A stretch of 64,000 bases of DNA from Burkholderiaceae bacterium (GCA_031253795.1 JAIRVR010000066.1:4258-68257), one strand, 5' to 3'. Shown: positions 40,125 through 50,410, numbered from the stretch's first letter. Notes: generated by a model not told the origin, from the sequence alone. Numbers and translations are program-made.

Positions 40125-40793
40125 TCAGCGCAAAAGTGCGATCAGGGGAGTCAGGACGAAATCGATGACCGCATAGCCGAGGTCCATCAGCGGCCGCAGC
40201 CACAGGCTTCCGACCACGCCGGCGATGACCAGGCCCATGACGATGAAGAACCCCCAGGGTTCGATGCGCGCCACCCACTGCGCCTGGCGCCAGGGCAGCA
40301 GGCCGACGAGGATGCGCCCACCGTCGAGCGGCGGCAGGGGGAACAGGTTGAAGGCCCACATCACCAGATTGACCAGGATGCCGGCGCGGCACATTTCGAG
40401 GAAGAAGCGTTCGCTGACGCCTGAACCGACCAGGGCGACCAGGACGATGCCCCAGAGCAGGGCTTGGGCAAAATTCGAGGCCGGGCCTGCCAGCGCCACC
40501 CAGATCATGTCGCGCTTGGGGTGGCGCAGCTGGTCGAAACGCACGGGCACGGGCTTGGCATAGCCGAACAGAAAGCTGCCCGAGGTGGCGAAGTACAGCA
40601 GCAAGGGCATCAGGATGGTGCCTATGGGATCTATGTGCTTGATGGGATTGAGCGTGATGCGTCCCAGCATGGCCGCCGTGTTGTCGCCGAAATGGCGTGC
40701 TGCATAGCCGTGGGCGGCCTCGTGCACCGTGATCGCGAAGAGCACGGGCAGGGCATAGATGAGTACGGTTTGTATGAGGTTGGAGATGTCCAC
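40125..40793 (-). CDS. Site-2 protease (M50) family protein
   Basis: HEAAH zinc motif, AGPASN, NLFPLPPLDGG; GTG start inferred. Confidence 0.92.
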   Translation of the reverse strand: MDISNLIQTVLIYALPVLFAITVHEAAHGYAARHFGDNTAAMLGRITLNPIKHIDPIGTILMPLLLYFATSGSFLFGYAKPVPVRFDQLRHPKRDMIWVALAGPASNFAQALLWGIVLVALVGSGVSERFFLEMCRAGILVNLVMWAFNLFPLPPLDGGRILVGLLPWRQAQWVARIEPWGFFIVMGLVIAGVVGSLWLRPLMDLGYAVIDFVLTPLIALLR

Positions 40794-40961
40794 GGCGGGC
40801 ATTGTCTCAGACGCGGCCTGCCCCCGTGCCGGGCGGCCCCAGAGCCCGAGGGGCGGCATGGCTCTCTAGAGGTTTCCAGCGATTGGCAAGTCCGGGTGTA
40901 TGTTGCAAAATGAAACTTCATTCTTGACAGGCCTTCGGGCCGCGCGCACAAGGGGTGGAAC

Positions 40962-42224
40962 GTGGGTGTACTGGGCTTGGGCAGGTTGCCGATAGGCTGG
41001 CGCTTGGTGATCGCATTCGGCGGCATCAATCTCCTGGTGTTCACGATGATGGCGGTCACGGTGTTCTCGCTGGGCCAGGCCCAGCAGGCGCTGGCGGCCG
41101 GCGGTGCGACCACGGTGGCCGAACAGGCCCTGGTGCAGACGCGCTGGTGGGTCATCGGCCTGGGCTGCGCGGTCTGCGCCCTGGCCCTGGTGGCGTGGTT
41201 CAGCCTGCGTCGCGGCATCGTCCAGCCCCTGGGTCAGGCCATCCTGATCGCAGAGACCGTGGCCTCGGGCGACCTGAGCCAGGAGTTCTCGACCGAACTT
41301 CAGGGCGATTTCGGCCGCCTGCTGGGGGCACTGGGCACCATGGAGGACACGCTGACCGAGCTGGTGGGCCGCATCAAGCAGTCCACGGACGAGATCGGCA
41401 TTTCGGCGGGGGAAATCAATGCCGGCAACAGCGACCTGTCGCAGCGCACCGAGGCCCAGGTCTCGGCCCTGACCCAGACGGCGGCCAGCATGGAGCAGCT
41501 CACGGCCACGGTGCGCCAGAACGCGGACCGCGCGCATTCGGCCAGCAGCCTGGCCGTCGATGCCTCGGCCACGGCCCAGCGCGGCGGCGCCGTGGTCGGC
41601 GAAGTGGTGCAGACCATGGAGGCGATCAGCGGCAGCTCGCGCAAGATCGTCGACATCATCCAGGTCATCGAGGGCATTGCCTTCCAGACCAATATCCTGG
41701 CGCTGAACGCCGCCGTGGAGGCCGCACGGGCCGGGGAGCAGGGCCGGGGCTTTGCCGTGGTGGCCAGCGAGGTGCGCAGCCTGGCCGGCCGCTCGGGCGA
41801 GGCCGCCAAGGAAATCAAGGAACTGATCACGGCCAGCGTGCGCCAGGTGGAAAGCGGGGCCGGCCTGGTCGGCCAGGCCGGCGAGACCATGCAGGAAATC
41901 GTCGGCGCCGTTGGCCAGGTCACAGGCCTGCTGGGCGAAATTTCGCTGGCGCTGCGCGAGCAAAGCCAGGGCATTGCCCAGGTCAATGTGGCCGTGGGGC
42001 ACATGGACAGCGCCACGCAGGAGAACGCTGCCCTGGTGCAGCAGGCCTCGCTGGCCGCATCGGCGCTCAACGACCGGGCCCATGAGCTGCAGCAGGCCGT
42101 GGGTGCCTTCAGGCTCGACGACGAAGCTCCCGAGGCGCCCCCTGTGCGCCCCGCCATGGCGCCGGTGGCCGCGAGAACCCCGTTGCCGCAGCGCCAGGCC
42201 CTGCCGGTGCTGGAGCGGGTTTAG
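40962..42224 (+). CDS. Methyl-accepting chemotaxis protein lacking a periplasmic sensor domain
   Basis: Two TMs separated by about 24 aa, HAMP, conserved signalling hairpin. Confidence 0.9.
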   Translation: MGVLGLGRLPIGWRLVIAFGGINLLVFTMMAVTVFSLGQAQQALAAGGATTVAEQALVQTRWWVIGLGCAVCALALVAWFSLRRGIVQPLGQAILIAETVASGDLSQEFSTELQGDFGRLLGALGTMEDTLTELVGRIKQSTDEIGISAGEINAGNSDLSQRTEAQVSALTQTAASMEQLTATVRQNADRAHSASSLAVDASATAQRGGAVVGEVVQTMEAISGSSRKIVDIIQVIEGIAFQTNILALNAAVEAARAGEQGRGFAVVASEVRSLAGRSGEAAKEIKELITASVRQVESGAGLVGQAGETMQEIVGAVGQVTGLLGEISLALREQSQGIAQVNVAVGHMDSATQENAALVQQASLAASALNDRAHELQQAVGAFRLDDEAPEAPPVRPAMAPVAARTPLPQRQALPVLERV

Positions 42225-42274
42225 CGCATGGGATGCGCGGCCTGCGCGGCGCATGGCTGCATGCGCCGCGGGGC

Positions 42275-42919
42275 TTATTCGATATCGAGCCCCAGTGCGT
42301 CGAGGCTGCCACGGCCCTGGCGCACCACGGTGGGCGGATTGCCCAGGGACATGGGCACGAGGTCGATGACGGTGGTCGGCTCCGAAGGGCAGGCGCCGGC
42401 GTCGACCACGGCGTCGAGATCATGGGCAAAGCGCTCGATGATCTCGTCGGCGTCATGCAGGGGCTCGGTGTCTCCGGGGGCGATCAGCGTGGTGGCGATC
42501 AGCGGCTCGCCCAACTGCTCCAGCAGCAACTGCGTTCCCTTGCGGTCGGGCACGCGCAGGCCTATGGTCTTGCGCGAAGGATGGCTCAGCCGCTTGGGCA
42601 CTTCCTTGGACGCTTCGAGAATGAAGGTATAGGGGCCCGGCGTGGCCAGTTTGAGCAGGCGGTACTGGCGGTTGTCCACGCGCGCATAGCTCGACAGCTC
42701 GGACAGGTCGCGGCACAGCAGGGTCAGGTGGTGCTTTTCGTTGATCTGGCGTATGCGGCGCAGCCGCTCCACGGCAGGGCGATCATCCAGGTGGCAGACC
42801 AGGGCATAGCTCGAATCGGTGGGGATGGCGAGAATGGCGCCCTGGCGCAGCATGTCGGCGGCCTGCTTGATCAGCCGGGGCTGGGGATTGTCGGGATGGG
42901 CTTCGAAGCGTAGAACCAT
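42275..42919 (-). CDS. YciO-like Sua5/YrdC/TsaC family protein
   Basis: HPDNPQ.RLI, PTDSSY, TPGPYTFIL, KTIGLRVPD. Confidence 0.92.
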   Translation of the reverse strand: MVLRFEAHPDNPQPRLIKQAADMLRQGAILAIPTDSSYALVCHLDDRPAVERLRRIRQINEKHHLTLLCRDLSELSSYARVDNRQYRLLKLATPGPYTFILEASKEVPKRLSHPSRKTIGLRVPDRKGTQLLLEQLGEPLIATTLIAPGDTEPLHDADEIIERFAHDLDAVVDAGACPSEPTTVIDLVPMSLGNPPTVVRQGRGSLDALGLDIE

Positions 42920-42943
42920 GGGTGTTTCCGGGATGCGCGCGGC

Positions 42944-43807
42944 TCAGGCCCGCTGTATGCGCTCGTCCAGCAGCTCCCACACGGGTGTGAGATGGCCGGG
43001 CAGATAGGGCAGCTCGCCCAGGTCGGTGTGCGATTCCTCGGGGCTGTGGAAGTCGCTGCCGCGCGAGGCAGCGAGGCCGAACTCGCAGGCCATGTCGGCA
43101 TAGGTGGCGTATTCGCTGGGCCGGTGGCTGCCGGTCACGACCTCCACGCCCTGGCCGCCATGGGCCTTGAATTCCGAAAACAGCGCGTATTCCTCGTTGG
43201 CCGTCAGCGCGTAGCGGGCGGGATGGGCGATCACGGCCACACCGCCCGCGCCCGTGATCCAGCGCACGGCATCGCCGAGCCGGGCCCAGGTATGGGGTAC
43301 GTAGCCGGGATGGCCTTCGGTGAGGTAGCGGCGAAACACCTCCGAGGTGTCGCGGCAGCGGCCCGACTCCACGAGAAAGCGTGCGAAATGCGTGCGCGAG
43401 ATCAGCTCGGGATTGCCGGCGAAGCGCAGTGCGCCTTCGTAGCTGCCCTCGATGCCCGCCAGCGCCAGCTGGCGCGCCATTTCGCGCGCCCGCGGGCCGC
43501 GGCCGCCACGCGTGGCATGCAGGCCATCGGCCAGGGCAGGGTTTTCGGCGTCGAAGCCCAGGCCCACGATATGCACGGTGGTACCTGCAAAGCTGACCGA
43601 GATTTCCGAGCCCGTCAGATAGTCGATGCCGCAGGCCCTGGCTGCGGCCGCAGCGCGACGCTGGCCGCCGACTTCGTCATGGTCGGTCAGCGCCCACAGC
43701 TCCACCTTCCGGGCAGCGGCGCGTTCGGCCAGTTGTTCCGGTGTCAGTGTCCCGTCCGAGACCACGGAGTGGCTGTGCAGGTCGGCGTTCAGATAGGTCT
43801 TGGCCAC
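42944..43807 (-). CDS. PHP-domain 3',5'-nucleoside bisphosphate phosphatase (YciV/TrpH-like)
   Basis: DLHSHS..SDG, ALTDHD, AHP, GSDFH; GTG start inferred. Confidence 0.92.
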   Translation of the reverse strand: MAKTYLNADLHSHSVVSDGTLTPEQLAERAAARKVELWALTDHDEVGGQRRAAAAARACGIDYLTGSEISVSFAGTTVHIVGLGFDAENPALADGLHATRGGRGPRAREMARQLALAGIEGSYEGALRFAGNPELISRTHFARFLVESGRCRDTSEVFRRYLTEGHPGYVPHTWARLGDAVRWITGAGGVAVIAHPARYALTANEEYALFSEFKAHGGQGVEVVTGSHRPSEYATYADMACEFGLAASRGSDFHSPEESHTDLGELPYLPGHLTPVWELLDERIQRA

Positions 43808-44015
43808 GAAACCATTGTAGGTGCGGGCCATTTTCCGACCCGTGCACTGCGGCTGGGGACTTCCCTGAGTGCGGTGTAACAGCACTCAATAGTGACGCTC
43901 CCGTGACGAAGACCAGCCAGGCGCCGCCCGAGGGAACAGGAAGAATTTTCCGGAAGGCATGGCTGGCAGGGGCGCCGGGCCGGCTTCCGGCATTGCTTGC
44001 ATAGATCGGCTATTC

Positions 44016-45770
44016 ATGAATCTGAATCAATTCACCGTCGCGCAAAAGCTCTGGGCCCTGGTGCTGGGCCTGCTGGTGGGCATGCTGGCCGTCAATGGCG
44101 GCATCCTGGTCTACCTGCATGGGGTCAACGAAAAGATCAACACCGATGTGATGACGGCCCAGCAAGGCGCCACCCTGGCGCGTGAATGGCGGCATCTGAC
44201 GCAGATGAGCGTGGAGCGTTCCATCGTGTCCGCCATGTCGCCGGACGAAACGCTGGCGGCCCAGCAGCGCGCCCTGATGATGCAGGGCATAGAGCGCATC
44301 AACGGCCTGCAAAAGCAGGTGGGCGAGCTGGTGCTCAATGCCCAGGGCCGCCAGGCGCTGGAGGCCGTGGCGGCCGAGCGCAAGGAAACCCTCAAGGCCA
44401 ATACCGCGGCCCAGGATGCGCGCAAGGCCAACGATTTCGCCTCCACCTTCGACATCGTGGAAAAGCAGCTGCGCCCGGCGGCCGAGCGCTACAACGCGGC
44501 GCAGGAAGCCTTCGTGAAGGAACTGGAGCAGCAAAGCGTGCAGGCCCGTGCCGATGGCATGGAGAACCGCCGCCAGGCCTACTGGCTGGGCGCGCTGGCC
44601 AGTGCAGCCATCGTGGTCCTGGGCCTGTTCCTGGGCATGACGACCATGCGTTCGATCACGCGCCCGCTGGACCAGGCCGTGGCGCTGGCCGACGGCATCG
44701 CGGCCGGCGACCTCACGGGCTCGGTGCAGAATGACCGTGGCGATGAACTGGGCCATCTGCTGCGCGCGCTCAACGGCATGACCCAGCGCCTGCGCGGCGT
44801 GGTGTCCGAAGTGCGCTCGGGCGTGGATTCCGTATCCACGGCGTCCAATCAGATCGCCAGCGGCAACCAGGACCTGTCGGCGCGCACCGAGCAGACTGCG
44901 GCCAACCTGGAGGAGACCGCGGCCAGCATGGAAGAGCTGACGGCCACCGTCACCCAATCGGCCGATACGGCACGCCAGGCCAATCAGCTGGCGGCGACGG
45001 CGGCCCAGGCGGCCGAGCAGGGCGGTGGCGTGGTGGCACAGGTGGTGCAGAGCATGCAGCAGATCACCGACAGCAGCCGCAAGATCGCCGACATCATCGG
45101 GGTGATCGATTCCATCGCCTTCCAGACCAACATCCTCGCGCTGAACGCGGCCGTGGAAGCCGCGCGTGCCGGCGAGCAGGGTCGGGGCTTTGCCGTGGTG
45201 GCCGGCGAGGTGCGGGCCCTGGCCCAGCGCAGCGCCGAGGCGGCCAAGGAAATCAAGCTGCTGATCACCACCAGCGTGGACAACGTGCGCTCGGGGTCGC
45301 AGCAGGTCGAGCAGGCGGGGCGCAGCATGGACGACATCGTGGCCAGCGTGCGCCGCGTCAGTGACCTGATCGGAGAGATCACGGCCTCGTCCACCGAACA
45401 GCGCGACGGCATCGGGCAGGTCAATCAGGCCGTCACCCATCTGGACCAGATGACCCAGCAGAACGCGGCCCTGGTCGAACAGTCCAGCGCTGCCGCCCTG
45501 GCCATGCAGGACCAGGCCCAACGCCTGTCCCAGGTGGTGGCGGTCTTCAAGCTGGGTCAGGAGGGCAGCGCGCTGGCGCCCGCCGCCGCGGCGAGGCCGT
45601 CCGTCCAGGCCCGCAAGCCGGTGGTGGCATCTGCTGGCGCCACGGCATCCGCGCGCACCGCGCCGGCCGTGAAGAAGGCAGCGCCTGCCCCGGCGGTTGC
45701 CAGGCCGGCTGCCGCTGCACTGCCGGCAGCCAAGGCAGCCGCCAAGGACGACGACTGGGAGACCTTCTGA
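44016..45770 (+). CDS. Methyl-accepting chemotaxis protein with C-terminal DWETF pentapeptide
   Basis: 4HB-type sensor, DELGHL HAMP, signalling hairpin, Ala/Pro linker ending DDDWETF. Confidence 0.95.
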   Translation: MNLNQFTVAQKLWALVLGLLVGMLAVNGGILVYLHGVNEKINTDVMTAQQGATLAREWRHLTQMSVERSIVSAMSPDETLAAQQRALMMQGIERINGLQKQVGELVLNAQGRQALEAVAAERKETLKANTAAQDARKANDFASTFDIVEKQLRPAAERYNAAQEAFVKELEQQSVQARADGMENRRQAYWLGALASAAIVVLGLFLGMTTMRSITRPLDQAVALADGIAAGDLTGSVQNDRGDELGHLLRALNGMTQRLRGVVSEVRSGVDSVSTASNQIASGNQDLSARTEQTAANLEETAASMEELTATVTQSADTARQANQLAATAAQAAEQGGGVVAQVVQSMQQITDSSRKIADIIGVIDSIAFQTNILALNAAVEAARAGEQGRGFAVVAGEVRALAQRSAEAAKEIKLLITTSVDNVRSGSQQVEQAGRSMDDIVASVRRVSDLIGEITASSTEQRDGIGQVNQAVTHLDQMTQQNAALVEQSSAAALAMQDQAQRLSQVVAVFKLGQEGSALAPAAAARPSVQARKPVVASAGATASARTAPAVKKAAPAPAVARPAAAALPAAKAAAKDDDWETF

Positions 45771-45843
45771 AGGGGAGGAGCGGGGAAGGCGGGTCGGGGT
45801 CCTGGTGGCACCGGCCCGCCTGCCTTTTCGCCCGCCTTTTTTG

Positions 45844-46506
45844 TCAGTTGCGTGGCTTGCCGTAGTCGGGCGAGCGGGGCCCCGGCAGCAGGCCGCGCAG
45901 GCTGGCGGGAGACAGCATGCGGTGGTTGGCGAGCGAAGCCATTTGCACGCTGCGCTCGCTCACCGTCTCCAGGATCTGGTTGACCAGGGCGGTCACCAGC
46001 ATGCCCAGCAGTCCACCCCCGGAATTCTGGCCTTCGGCGCTGGAGGCCGTGGCCGAGCCGTTCCACAACTGGGTGCCGGTGCGCAGATCAATGAGCTTGG
46101 CTTCCAGCGTGACGACCGAGGCGCTGGCGAGCACCGCATAGCTGGTGCCGTAATTGCGGATGTTCAGGTACAGGGCCGCATCGGCGCCGAAGATCTGCCG
46201 CAGCTTGGCCACGGGCAGGTCCTGGGCATCCTCGGGGCTGGCGATGCCGTTCTGGTGGAACATGTCCTGCGTTACGGCCACGGGCAGCACGTAGTAGCCG
46301 GCTTCGGCCAGCGGCAGGGAGATCTGGGACAGCACGCCGGCCGCGGCGCTGACCTCGGGCGACTGGTTCAGCGGCGGCATGACGAGAATCGAGGCAGGTT
46401 TGGCGGCCTGCAGCGCCGAATAGTCATAGGGCGCGGTGGTCGCGCATCCGGTCAGGGCCAGTCCCATGGCCACGGCCAGGGTTTTGATGAAGGGGATCGG
46501 GCGCAT
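45844..46506 (-). CDS. DUF799/GNA1162-like lipoprotein
   Basis: Lipobox LTGC, PASILVMPPLNQS, PLAEAGYYV.PV, FGADAALY, GLLPGPRS. Confidence 0.85.
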   Translation of the reverse strand: MRPIPFIKTLAVAMGLALTGCATTAPYDYSALQAAKPASILVMPPLNQSPEVSAAAGVLSQISLPLAEAGYYVLPVAVTQDMFHQNGIASPEDAQDLPVAKLRQIFGADAALYLNIRNYGTSYAVLASASVVTLEAKLIDLRTGTQLWNGSATASSAEGQNSGGGLLGMLVTALVNQILETVSERSVQMASLANHRMLSPASLRGLLPGPRSPDYGKPRN

Positions 46507-46507
46507 G

Positions 46508-46885
46508 TCAGTGCTTTGAAGGGACCGTGAAACTCTGTAGCAGCGTGTCCATGAAGATGGCGGATTCAGGGAAATGCACCTTCTCCTCGGCCAATTGCTG
46601 CACAGTCTTTTCGTTGTTGCCGGTCTTCGAATACAGCAAGGCCATATGGGCGCGATAGCCCGGGGGCAGGGCCTTGCCTTCGCCCAGCACCTTCTGCTGG
46701 TTTTCTTCGAGCCGCAGCAACTGGTCCTCGGCAGCGGTGCTGCCGTCATCCTTCAGGTACTGGTAGACCTGGGGCTGGTAATCGTTCCAGGCGTACAGCG
46801 GTGGGCGGGGCGCGGCGCAGCCAGTCAAGGCCGCGCAGGCCAGGGCGGTGGAAAGGGCCAGGAGACGGCGTACGGCCGTCCTCAT
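46508..46885 (-). CDS. DUF4810-like lipoprotein
   Basis: Lipobox LTGC, LY.W..YQ..VY.YLK, PPG..AH..LLY, EK..FPES. Confidence 0.85.
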   Translation of the reverse strand: MRTAVRRLLALSTALACAALTGCAAPRPPLYAWNDYQPQVYQYLKDDGSTAAEDQLLRLEENQQKVLGEGKALPPGYRAHMALLYSKTGNNEKTVQQLAEEKVHFPESAIFMDTLLQSFTVPSKH

Positions 46886-47562
46886 GGCGCGGGCTTCCAT
46901 GCACCGCTGTCCATGCCGGCCGCCAGCTTGTCCACGGCTTCCCGGATGGCCAGGTCCAGCACCTTGCCATTGAGGGTGGAGTCGTATCCGGCCGTGCTGC
47001 CGAAGCCCACGACTTCACGGTTGGACAGGCTGTATTCGCCAGCGCCCTGGACCGAATACACGACTTCCGAGGTCTGGACCTTGACGATGTTCAGGCTGAC
47101 CTTGGCATAGGCCACCTGCTCCTTGCCGCGTCCCAGTACGCCGAAGAACTGGCGATCGCCAACGACCTTGCGGCCGAATTCGCTCACATCGCCGGTGACG
47201 ACATAGGTGGCACCGCGAACGGTCTGTTCCTGCTTGTTGAAGCCTGCTTCCTGGCGGGTCTCGGACATGTTGTCGCGGTCGAGCACGCTGAAGCGGCCGC
47301 TTTGCTGCAGGTGGGTCACGAGAATCGTGCGTGCCTGGCCACCGAGGCGGTCGATGCCATCCGAGAAAATGCCGCGCTGGAAACTGGAGCGGTTGTCGAA
47401 TTTGCCGACGGAAATGGGGCTGCGCGGTCCCTGGTACTGGCTGTATGCCGAAACGGGCTTGGGCGTTTCGATCACGCGCGATTGTTCAGTCGTGGTACAG
47501 CCGGACAGGCCGGCCGTGAGAGCAATGGCTGCGGCAGCGCAGGGCCAATAGCGGGATGTCAT
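46882..47562 (-). CDS. CsgG/HfaB-family lipoprotein
   Basis: Lipobox LSGC, ISVGKFDNRS, GRFSVLDR, VTGDVSEFGR, GKVLDLAIREAV. Confidence 0.87.
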   Translation of the reverse strand: MTSRYWPCAAAAIALTAGLSGCTTTEQSRVIETPKPVSAYSQYQGPRSPISVGKFDNRSSFQRGIFSDGIDRLGGQARTILVTHLQQSGRFSVLDRDNMSETRQEAGFNKQEQTVRGATYVVTGDVSEFGRKVVGDRQFFGVLGRGKEQVAYAKVSLNIVKVQTSEVVYSVQGAGEYSLSNREVVGFGSTAGYDSTLNGKVLDLAIREAVDKLAAGMDSGAWKPAP

Positions 47563-47649
47563 CGATGCGATTCCTCAGGTCAAACCGGCTTTGCAATAAT
47601 TTGTTGCAAAAAAAGCCGGCCATGTTACCCGAATGGGCGCATGACGCTT

Positions 47650-49368
47650 CTAGGTGCCTTCCGAGTTGATGCCTTCGATCAGGAATTGCACCTTGCGCTC
47701 ACCGCGCCATTCATTGATGTCCAGGCGATAGGCGAAGCAGGCGGATTCGGGCAGGGGGTCGGTATGGCCGAACCAGATGCCGTCGACCATTTCGCCATGG
47801 TGGCGCAACTGCAGCTTCAGGTGGCGTTCACCGACTAGGCGCTGCGACAGCACTTCGATTTCCTCGCTGAAGGTGGGCGGTGCAAAGCCCTGGCCCCAGA
47901 CCTCGAGGTTGAGCCGCTCGACGATTTCCGCGTTGCGAAAGCTCGGGTCCAGGGGGCCGTCGGTTTCCATGCGCCGCGTCAGCGTGGCCGCATCCAGCCA
48001 TTCCTGGGCGACCTGGGCCAGGGCCTGTTCGAAGCGCGAGAAATCGGCCTCGGCAATGGTGCAGCCCGCCGCCATGGCATGACCACCGAAGCGCAGCAGC
48101 AGGCCGGGGTGGCGCTTGGACACCAGGTCCAGCGCATCGCGCAGATGAAAGCCCGGTATGGAACGGCCCGAACCCTTGAGCTCGTGTTCGTGGCCTGGTG
48201 CACCACTGGCCGCGAAGACGAAGGTCGGCCGGTGCATGCGGTCCTTGATCCGCGAGGCGACGATGCCGACCACGCCCTCGTGGAAGTCGGGGTCGAAGAC
48301 GCTGATGGCGGGCGGCGGCGTCATGCCGTCGGCGCACAGGCCCTCGGCCATGAGCATGGCCTGCTCGCGCATGCCGCCTTCGAGCTCGCGGCGTTCGCGG
48401 TTGATGCTGTCCAGCATCTGGGCCAGCTGGGCCGCGCGGCCCTTGTCATCCGTGGTCAGGCACTCGATGCCGATGGTCATGTCGGCCAGCCGGCCCGCGG
48501 CATTGATGCGCGGGCCCAGGGCGAAGCCGAAATCGAAGGTAGTCGCGGCAAGGGCCTTGCGCCCTGCAGCGTCGAACAGCGCCTGTACGCCGGCCTGCAT
48601 CTGGCCGCGGCGTATCTGCTTGAGCCCCAGGGCCACGAGGCGGCGGTTGTTGGCATCCAGGCGCACCACGTCGGCCACCGTGCCCAGGGCCACAAGGGGC
48701 AGCAGGGCCTCCAGGCGGGGCTGGCTGGCCTTGTCGAAGCGCCCGCGCGCGCGCAGCTCGGCGCGCAGGGCCAGCAGTACGTAGAACATCACGCCCACGC
48801 CGGCCATGGACTTGCTCTCGAAGCCGCAGCCGGGCTGGTTGGGGTTGACGATGGCATCGGCCAGCGGCAGGTGGCTGCCGGGCAGGTGGTGGTCGGTGAC
48901 GACCACCTGCAGGCCCAGGGCCTTGGCCTGGGCCACGCCTTCGACGCTGGCGATGCCGTTGTCCACGGTGACCAGGACCTGGGCGCCGCTTTCATGGACA
49001 CGCCGTGCAATGGGCGGCGTGAGGCCATAGCCGTCCACCACGCGGTCGGGCACGAGGTAGTGGGTGTCGGCGGCACCCAGCATGCGCAGGCCGCGCCAGC
49101 CCACGGCACAGGCCGTGGCACCGTCGCAGTCGTAGTCGGCCACGATGCACAGGCGCAGGCCGCCTTCGATGGCGTCGGCCAGCAGGCGCACGGCCGCTTC
49201 CATGCCCAGCAGGCCTGCGGGCGGCAGCAGGCGTGCGGGCGCATCGTCGAGCTCGTCGGCCGAGCACACGCCGCGGGCGGCATACAGCTGGGCCAGCAGG
49301 GGGTGGACACCGGCCCGGCACAGGGCCGAGGCCTGGTCCGCGGGAATATCGCGGGGAATGATTTTCAT
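47650..49368 (-). CDS. recJ: ssDNA-specific exonuclease RecJ
   Basis: DYDCDG, TVDNG, TDHH, GTVADV, GPRINAAGR, GGHAMAAG. Confidence 0.97.
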   Translation of the reverse strand: MKIIPRDIPADQASALCRAGVHPLLAQLYAARGVCSADELDDAPARLLPPAGLLGMEAAVRLLADAIEGGLRLCIVADYDCDGATACAVGWRGLRMLGAADTHYLVPDRVVDGYGLTPPIARRVHESGAQVLVTVDNGIASVEGVAQAKALGLQVVVTDHHLPGSHLPLADAIVNPNQPGCGFESKSMAGVGVMFYVLLALRAELRARGRFDKASQPRLEALLPLVALGTVADVVRLDANNRRLVALGLKQIRRGQMQAGVQALFDAAGRKALAATTFDFGFALGPRINAAGRLADMTIGIECLTTDDKGRAAQLAQMLDSINRERRELEGGMREQAMLMAEGLCADGMTPPPAISVFDPDFHEGVVGIVASRIKDRMHRPTFVFAASGAPGHEHELKGSGRSIPGFHLRDALDLVSKRHPGLLLRFGGHAMAAGCTIAEADFSRFEQALAQVAQEWLDAATLTRRMETDGPLDPSFRNAEIVERLNLEVWGQGFAPPTFSEEIEVLSQRLVGERHLKLQLRHHGEMVDGIWFGHTDPLPESACFAYRLDINEWRGERKVQFLIEGINSEGT

Positions 49369-49378
49369 GGCGCGGCCT

Positions 49379-50377
49379 TCAGAGCATGGCGCCCAGGGCG
49401 GGCAGGGGCCGGGGGCCCAGCAGGCCGGCCAGGCGGTCGCGCCAGCGCGGCGCGCGCCGCTGCCAGGCCACGGCATGGCGTTCGCCGCAGAGGACCAGGC
49501 GCAGGTCGCGGCCTGCGCGCACCTGCCCCAGCAGCGCGGCGATGAGGCCGGCATCCAGGGCCTGCCATGCGGCGCGCCATGGGGCGACCTGGCCTTGCAG
49601 GGCGGCCGTGCGCAGGCTGTTCACGCACTGTACGGAGCGGGGCCGGGCCGCAGCGGCATCCGCCGGAAGCCGGCCCGCGCCATGGACCCAGAAGGCATTG
49701 ATGGGTGGCTGGCCCAGGGCGGCGCGCGCATCGTTGAACACATGGGTGTAGAGCAGCATCTGCACCTCGCTTTGCAGGCGGTGCAGGCTGCGCGCCTGCC
49801 GGGCGTCGGGCAGCCAGGGGCGCACGTCGCGGCCGATGACGCGGTCCAGCGAGGCCGTGGCCAGCCCGTCGAACAGTTCGCCACGGGCCAGCCAGCACTG
49901 GGGCTGCCGGTATTCGAGCGTGATGCCGTCGTCGGCGAACCACGGCGCCAGCAGGGCCAGCAGCTGGCGCGATTCTTCCTCGCCCAGCGGCGTGCTCTGG
50001 GGATCGCTCTGGTGGACCTGGTCCGCGCCTATGTGCCAGTGGCAGGGTGTGACGTAGGCGCAGGCCTGGTGGTACTCCGCGGCCTCGCGGGCGGCCCAGG
50101 GAATCAGGCCGGGCGCATCGGGCAGACCCATGGAGCGCGCCAGCGCGCGTTCGTGCGGGGGCGAGAAATCCATTTCGCTGCCGGACTGGGAGGGGCCGGC
50201 CTCCATCAGGGCGAGCAAGGCCTGCAGGTGGGGCAGCTGCAGGCCCTGCCAGGCAGCGGCGACGGCCGCCTCGTCATCCGCATCCGAGGACGGGCCGCCG
50301 GCATAGGGAATGATCCATTCGGTCGTTGCCTCCAGCGCAGCGGGGGCGAAGGAAACCAGGGGGGCGGTCGAAAGCAT
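49379..50377 (-). CDS. Phosphoglycerate mutase-like protein upstream of recJ
   Basis: TPCHW and EVQMLLY.H..N..R...GQPPINAFWVHGAG resemble ApgM-type mutase-like proteins. Confidence 0.7.
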   Translation of the reverse strand: MLSTAPLVSFAPAALEATTEWIIPYAGGPSSDADDEAAVAAAWQGLQLPHLQALLALMEAGPSQSGSEMDFSPPHERALARSMGLPDAPGLIPWAAREAAEYHQACAYVTPCHWHIGADQVHQSDPQSTPLGEEESRQLLALLAPWFADDGITLEYRQPQCWLARGELFDGLATASLDRVIGRDVRPWLPDARQARSLHRLQSEVQMLLYTHVFNDARAALGQPPINAFWVHGAGRLPADAAAARPRSVQCVNSLRTAALQGQVAPWRAAWQALDAGLIAALLGQVRAGRDLRLVLCGERHAVAWQRRAPRWRDRLAGLLGPRPLPALGAML

Positions 50378-50410
50378 GGCCGCTATTGTCGGGCATGGGT
50401 CGCTTCGCGT

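Noticed and set aside
43866-43888. Possible CIRCE element for HrcA
   Set aside because: Half-sites are in swapped order (GAGTGC...GCACTC) relative to TTAGCACTC-N9-GAGTGCTAA and no chaperone gene is adjacent
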